Under the pieces are notes generated by a model, which saw only the letters and a program-made list of their open reading frames with translations, did no database searches and was not told the origin of the DNA. The position numbers were made by a program, and so were the translations under genes. Shown one piece after another: positions 59,624 through 64,000 of a DNA stretch of 64,000 nucleotides; the first letter of the stretch is position 1; each line of letters opens with the position of its first letter. The stretch comes from Ancylonema sp. (lineage: Eukaryota). The stretch covers positions 1 to 64,000 of the forward strand of contig JBFLGF010000129.1 in assembly GCA_050230475.1 (NCBI GenBank), in the 5' to 3' direction.

Positions 59624-60100
59624 TCAAATGACTTGTTGTGCCAAGGTCAAAATCTTCACAAACTTCTTCTCTCTCAGTTCATGCGGTACCGGCCCAAACA
59701 CCCGAGTTCCGATCGGTTCTCCTGCCTTGTTGATCACCACCGCTGCATTGTCATCGAACCTGATCTGCCCTCCGTCGGACCGCTCGTGATGCATGGCACT
59801 CCGTACAACGACACATGTCACCACCTCGCCCTTCTTCACCTTCCCACGTGGCATCGCTTCCTTCACCGAGCAAACAATGACATCCCCAAGGCCTGCCGCA
59901 TTCGGTCTTGTGCCCTTGAGGACTTTGATACAGGACAGGCGTTTGGCACCCGAATTGTCTGCTGCTTGTAGATCCGTTTTCAGTTGAATGTAGTGTCTCC
60001 GTTGTTCAAGTTGTGCGAATGGTCCAGGAAGGACCCCACCTCTCCGTTCTCTGGAGCTCGCCGTCCATCCACCTTCTCCCTGACACGCAGCACGGAGGGA
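59624..60100 (-). CDS. RPL14: Nuclear-encoded organellar ribosomal protein uL14, mitochondrial (HUELLENLOS-like) type; last exon, start not located
   Basis: Open frame from an AG at 60101-60102: ...[34 protein letters not shown]...[21 protein letters not shown]...IRFDDNAAV...[30 protein letters not shown]. Bacterial-type uL14 with an N-terminal extension in place of the initiator Met. Confidence 0.9.
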   Translation of the reverse strand, partial: SLRAACQGEGGWTASSRERRGGVLPGPFAQLEQRRHYIQLKTDLQAADNSGAKRLSCIKVLKGTRPNAAGLGDVIVCSVKEAMPRGKVKKGEVVTCVVVRSAMHHERSDGGQIRFDDNAAVVINKAGEPIGTRVFGPVPHELREKKFVKILTLAQQVI

Positions 60101-62761
60101 CTATTGTGATGTAAATGCAGACTGGAGGGGGGTCGGCCGAATGAAATGGCGTGTCTGCAACAATGTGCAAAATGTTTCCACCAATATACAAAAGTATACA
60201 CCATGACCAGGAGCAGGGCAATAGAAAAATTATTGGAGGTGGCAGGTAGTAGAAGCCAGACACAGGGTCAGGACACGTAGAGTGAGCGCGTGAGCGCGTT
60301 CTGCTCTTGTCTATGTGTGCAAAATTGCATGCCATAATCCAATCCACAATTCGCGAACCATAGATACCAAAGCTCAACATTTTTAAGAATGTCAAACATT
60401 TATGGGCATCTACTTCTTACAGAAGCTTTTGAACAAGAAAATCTGGGAGTTTCAAATCCAAACGCATGGGAAGAGGCACAAAATTCAAATGCAGTAATTT
60501 ACCAGTATTCCAAAAAGAGAACCATTAGTACCAGGCTCTGAAGATCGAATGTGGTAACTCGATCGCAGATGCACAGACTGAGGTAAAAGCGAGTATGTAT
60601 TAATTATTATTTGAATGTAACCAATAGTGCCCTCAATTTTGGAGCAGCAGCCAAGCTGCTATCACAGCGACAACAGCTTTTGATCGTCGAGTCCGAAAGT
60701 CCCTGTTTCGGGCACCTAAACTGACTGTGGGAAGTGGTAGCAACGGCAAATTGAGCTATACCTTAAAAAATGTGGATGAATTCAGATTCTTTTTCGTGCC
60801 GAGCTGGTAAGGCAAATCGTCGGAAGACCTCAAATCAGAAAATGACACCGAAGACTGGAGGAAAAAACCATTCTTTTGCTTCCTGTCCCATGATGAGCTG
60901 TGTCCACTCGGCTCCCGCGACCCCAGAAAGCTTGTGCCAGAGTCGACCTCGCTGCCACTACTTTCACTACTTAGGCCACCTCTAAAGTAGCGATGGTTTA
61001 CCAATTGTTGAATTCCTCTCACTACATCGCGATTCCGAGCGATGTACACCCTCGAGATCATATTACCGGCAAAGAATTAGCCTTCCGGCACTATGTCTAA
61101 ATATGAATAGAACCACAGACACAGGAACTTTCGCGATGACGAACAGCGTACGCTCAGATTATACTTGACAACTGCCCTATCGCCTACCGCGACTAGACAA
61201 GAGGCAAACACATGTTATATTGAATGCCGTACGTTTTACTCGGTGGCATGGAGGAGAGGTGCTTTATCATGCCGATGTCCCCCTGCTGCTGAAGCTTGCC
61301 GCCGCCACTCAATTATCATTTTTTAATTTAATCGCCCTCTGGAGAGAAATTTAGGGCCTACAGTGCCTCCCCTGTGCCAACCTGTGCCAGGAGTACTGAG
61401 CCCTGAGGCCTGAGTTTGTCCCCATGAGGCCTGAGCTCGTGAAGCTCGGGGGGGTGCGCTATTCGCCAACAATAAGGGTAGTGTTATTGGCACTCCACCA
61501 AAAACACTATTCGCACTCCAGGCGCAGGTTTTACAGTTTTGCCACTGTCAATCGATAATGTGACGTTGTAACGCGAACAAATTCATTGATCTCACGACTG
61601 CCCGCTGAGTATCCGATATAACACACGTATTAAATATCGTGTGGTTCATATCCCGCTACTGCGGGGTTCACGCCCGCCGTTGCCCCATCTGTCCTACCCT
61701 CACTCGCTGAATCGCTGCCACGAATGAATCGCATAAAATTTACGATGGATCGGTTGCTATGACTTGAAAGTATAATCAGTAAATTAAAAAAAAAACAAAA
61801 AAAAAACAAATTGTATTCTTCGCATGCGTTTTCGCTTGAAAGCCAATTTCTTCAATTTCTGAATATTCTGATTGTAAAAGTGTGTGCCGTAGCGTGTGAG
61901 TTGAAGCTACTCACGCCAGAATTGCTGAGAACATCTCCGCTCTCAGTTTGGATTTGAATCGGCGAAGAGCGGATAAATCGTATGTTGCGGATGACGACAG
62001 CCCGCAGAGAAAGTTACGCAGACAGAGACGGGGTGCAGAACGCGTGGGAGAGGAGGCTACCAGACATTTCTCTTCGTTTCGCTGATGTGGCACACACACG
62101 TGCTGAAAAGTTACAACGGAAGTTACAACGGAAATTGCTGCACGTGGATGCGCAGTACTCGTCATATCGTGCACCGGGTTAATTGTTTGCGTACAGCGAA
62201 TATTTGTCGTACGGCAGTGGCGAAACCTGTAAATCTTGCGCCTGGAGTGCGAATGGAGTGCCAATAACACTACCCCAACAATAAGAACAAAAAGCGCCAG
62301 AAAAAGATAGTTGCGCCCTCCAACCCCAACTTTGCGCCACCTTGCGAATAGCGCAAGAATACGATCGCTAGTCGTAGGAGTCAAGAATCGCCGCGGGGCC
62401 CTTCTTGTTGCGCCCCCTACTCTTGTCTACTTCAGGGAGCTTGGGATCCCAGTCGGTGTGTATTTGTGGTTGACGTAGTGATCCCTGCTACGTCACGTAG
62501 TCGTGTGGATTCAGAGAGTGGATTGCTACGCGCGCTGACTGGGGCTCGGCGCTGTTGTCTGTCTGCAAATCGATAGTTTAGAGGAATTCGAATTGCTGCG
62601 ACCCTGTGAACTAGCTTTGGAGGGGGATCTGGTTGCTCAAGGTGTGCTACCGGAATACATCAATAAATTCCTGATATCGCTTCAAGTAGCTTTTTGCCGA
62701 CCCTCTCACCACGCAGAGTGTCCTTCCGTCGCATCTCAATGTGGCTGACCGTTTAGGTACG

Positions 62762-63613
62762 ATGCCAGTCACAATGCTCGTGGGCAATGGACTGAGCAGC
62801 GAAATTCTTTTCCCTACTTTCGAATCTTCCGAAACCAAGTGGAGCCTTCTTCCGAAATTTTCTTCTGTCAACACTCTCGGCGTACGAAGTTTAACATGGT
62901 GCAACCAGCGTCTCAGAGGGGCCGAATGTGGCCTGCCTGGAAGCGACAACCATTCCATCAATGATTCGCCTGAACATTCAACGACCAGACAACGACCATC
63001 TGCCGCATCACGGAAGAAGTCGGTTGTGCCGCAGCCAGCTTTAGGCACAAGCTTGAGCCTCTTTGCTCCATTCGATCGACGGCTCTGGTGCCATGGACGC
63101 AGCTTCACCTGCTCGTCTGCGACCTCGCTGCAGGGCACGGAGACAAGCTGTACGATTCGAGAAGAAGCGCTTGACGCGGATAGACAAGGGTTTCCTGAGC
63201 CCAATGAGCCCAATGCAGCAGAGTCTGGAGAGGATAGGAACACGTTTATCCATCCTGCGACTTCCGGTTTCGCACCCGAAAGTATCCCACCACAGCCCAC
63301 AGCACCTCCTCGACCCGACCCCGCTCATCCCGCCCAACCGCCCAGTAGACAGTCCCCAGAACCCTCCCTGGCCACCCCCGCATTCCTCCCCCCCCCCACC
63401 TCCCGCACCCCCAATTTCAAACCTCGTCAAAGGGACACGTGGACGAGGGCAAAGGGTCCTGGTAGTGGAGGTGGCAGGGTAGACGAGGACAGAGGGAGCA
63501 GTTTAGTGAAGAAGGTGGTGATTGCGCTGCTGAAGGACCGTGGAGAGGGCGTGGCAGAAGTGGTTGCGCCGTTCATGAAGGAATTGTGCCGAGATGCAGA
63601 GGCCTGGAATCAG
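62762..63613 (+). CDS. Probable first exon of an unidentified gene (Ser/Thr/Arg-rich N-terminus, Pro-rich linker, helical segment)
   Basis: Long open frame from ATG 62762 to CAG|GTAGGG at 63613/63614, followed by the G-rich intron start typical of this window. No recognisable domain. Confidence 0.5.
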
Positions 63614-64000
63614 GTAGGGGTGCCCAGTAGTTGGGGGGGGGGACAGGGGGGGAATGGGAGTAGGGATGGGAGAAGTAACCACACATCACACAGTAGCGCG
63701 ACACGGATGCAAGCACACAATTCGAGCTGACTCTTTCTCTTTCCCTCTCCCTCCAAAACAGACCAGCGTGTGCTACGCTCTGTTCATTGGGGCCTGGATG
63801 GGGAACTACTTTCCATGTGCTCCACAAGTTGTTTGTTAGTAGGGCCTAGGAATGCGATTCGGGGAATGAACATCCATTCCTAAATTCTGGCATTGTCCTC
63901 TGTATGAATATACAGAGGACCATGCGTACCTTTGTATGTATGTATGTACAGAGGAGTAGTACTCCCATTTCTCATACTCCCATTATAAAACTGCACACAG

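Overview
Eukaryotic, plant-like (streptophyte-type) nuclear DNA; the species cannot be named from the sequence. Apparently intact genes: intronless cytosolic RPL12 (4403-4903, -), a 10-exon SUMO-activating enzyme subunit SAE1 (41008-44404, -), a 16-exon full-size peroxisomal ABCD transporter of the COMATOSE/PXA1 type (48576-56742, +), a nuclear-encoded organellar (mitochondrial-type) RPL14 (59624-~60100, -) and the first exon of an unidentified gene at the right edge. Decayed genes: a spliced HOS15/TBL1 (LisH-WD40) pseudogene absent from the ORF track, an F-box/LRR pseudogene, and a polyQ-rich gene followed by a RING relic. Much of the rest is transposon-derived: a Ty1/copia 5' half with LTR and PBS, a 4.9-kb TSD-bounded hAT unit with a spliced, broken transposase and a 289-bp MITE of the same family, plus many nested hAT, Mutator, PIF/Harbinger and Tc1/mariner-pogo MITEs, several with readable TIRs and TSDs. 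The most unusual signal is a splice-site-locked G/C sawtooth: C-rich on both sides of acceptors and G-rich on both sides of donors, reaching into codon choice and protein insertions. All translations and alignments were done by eye; no database search was run.
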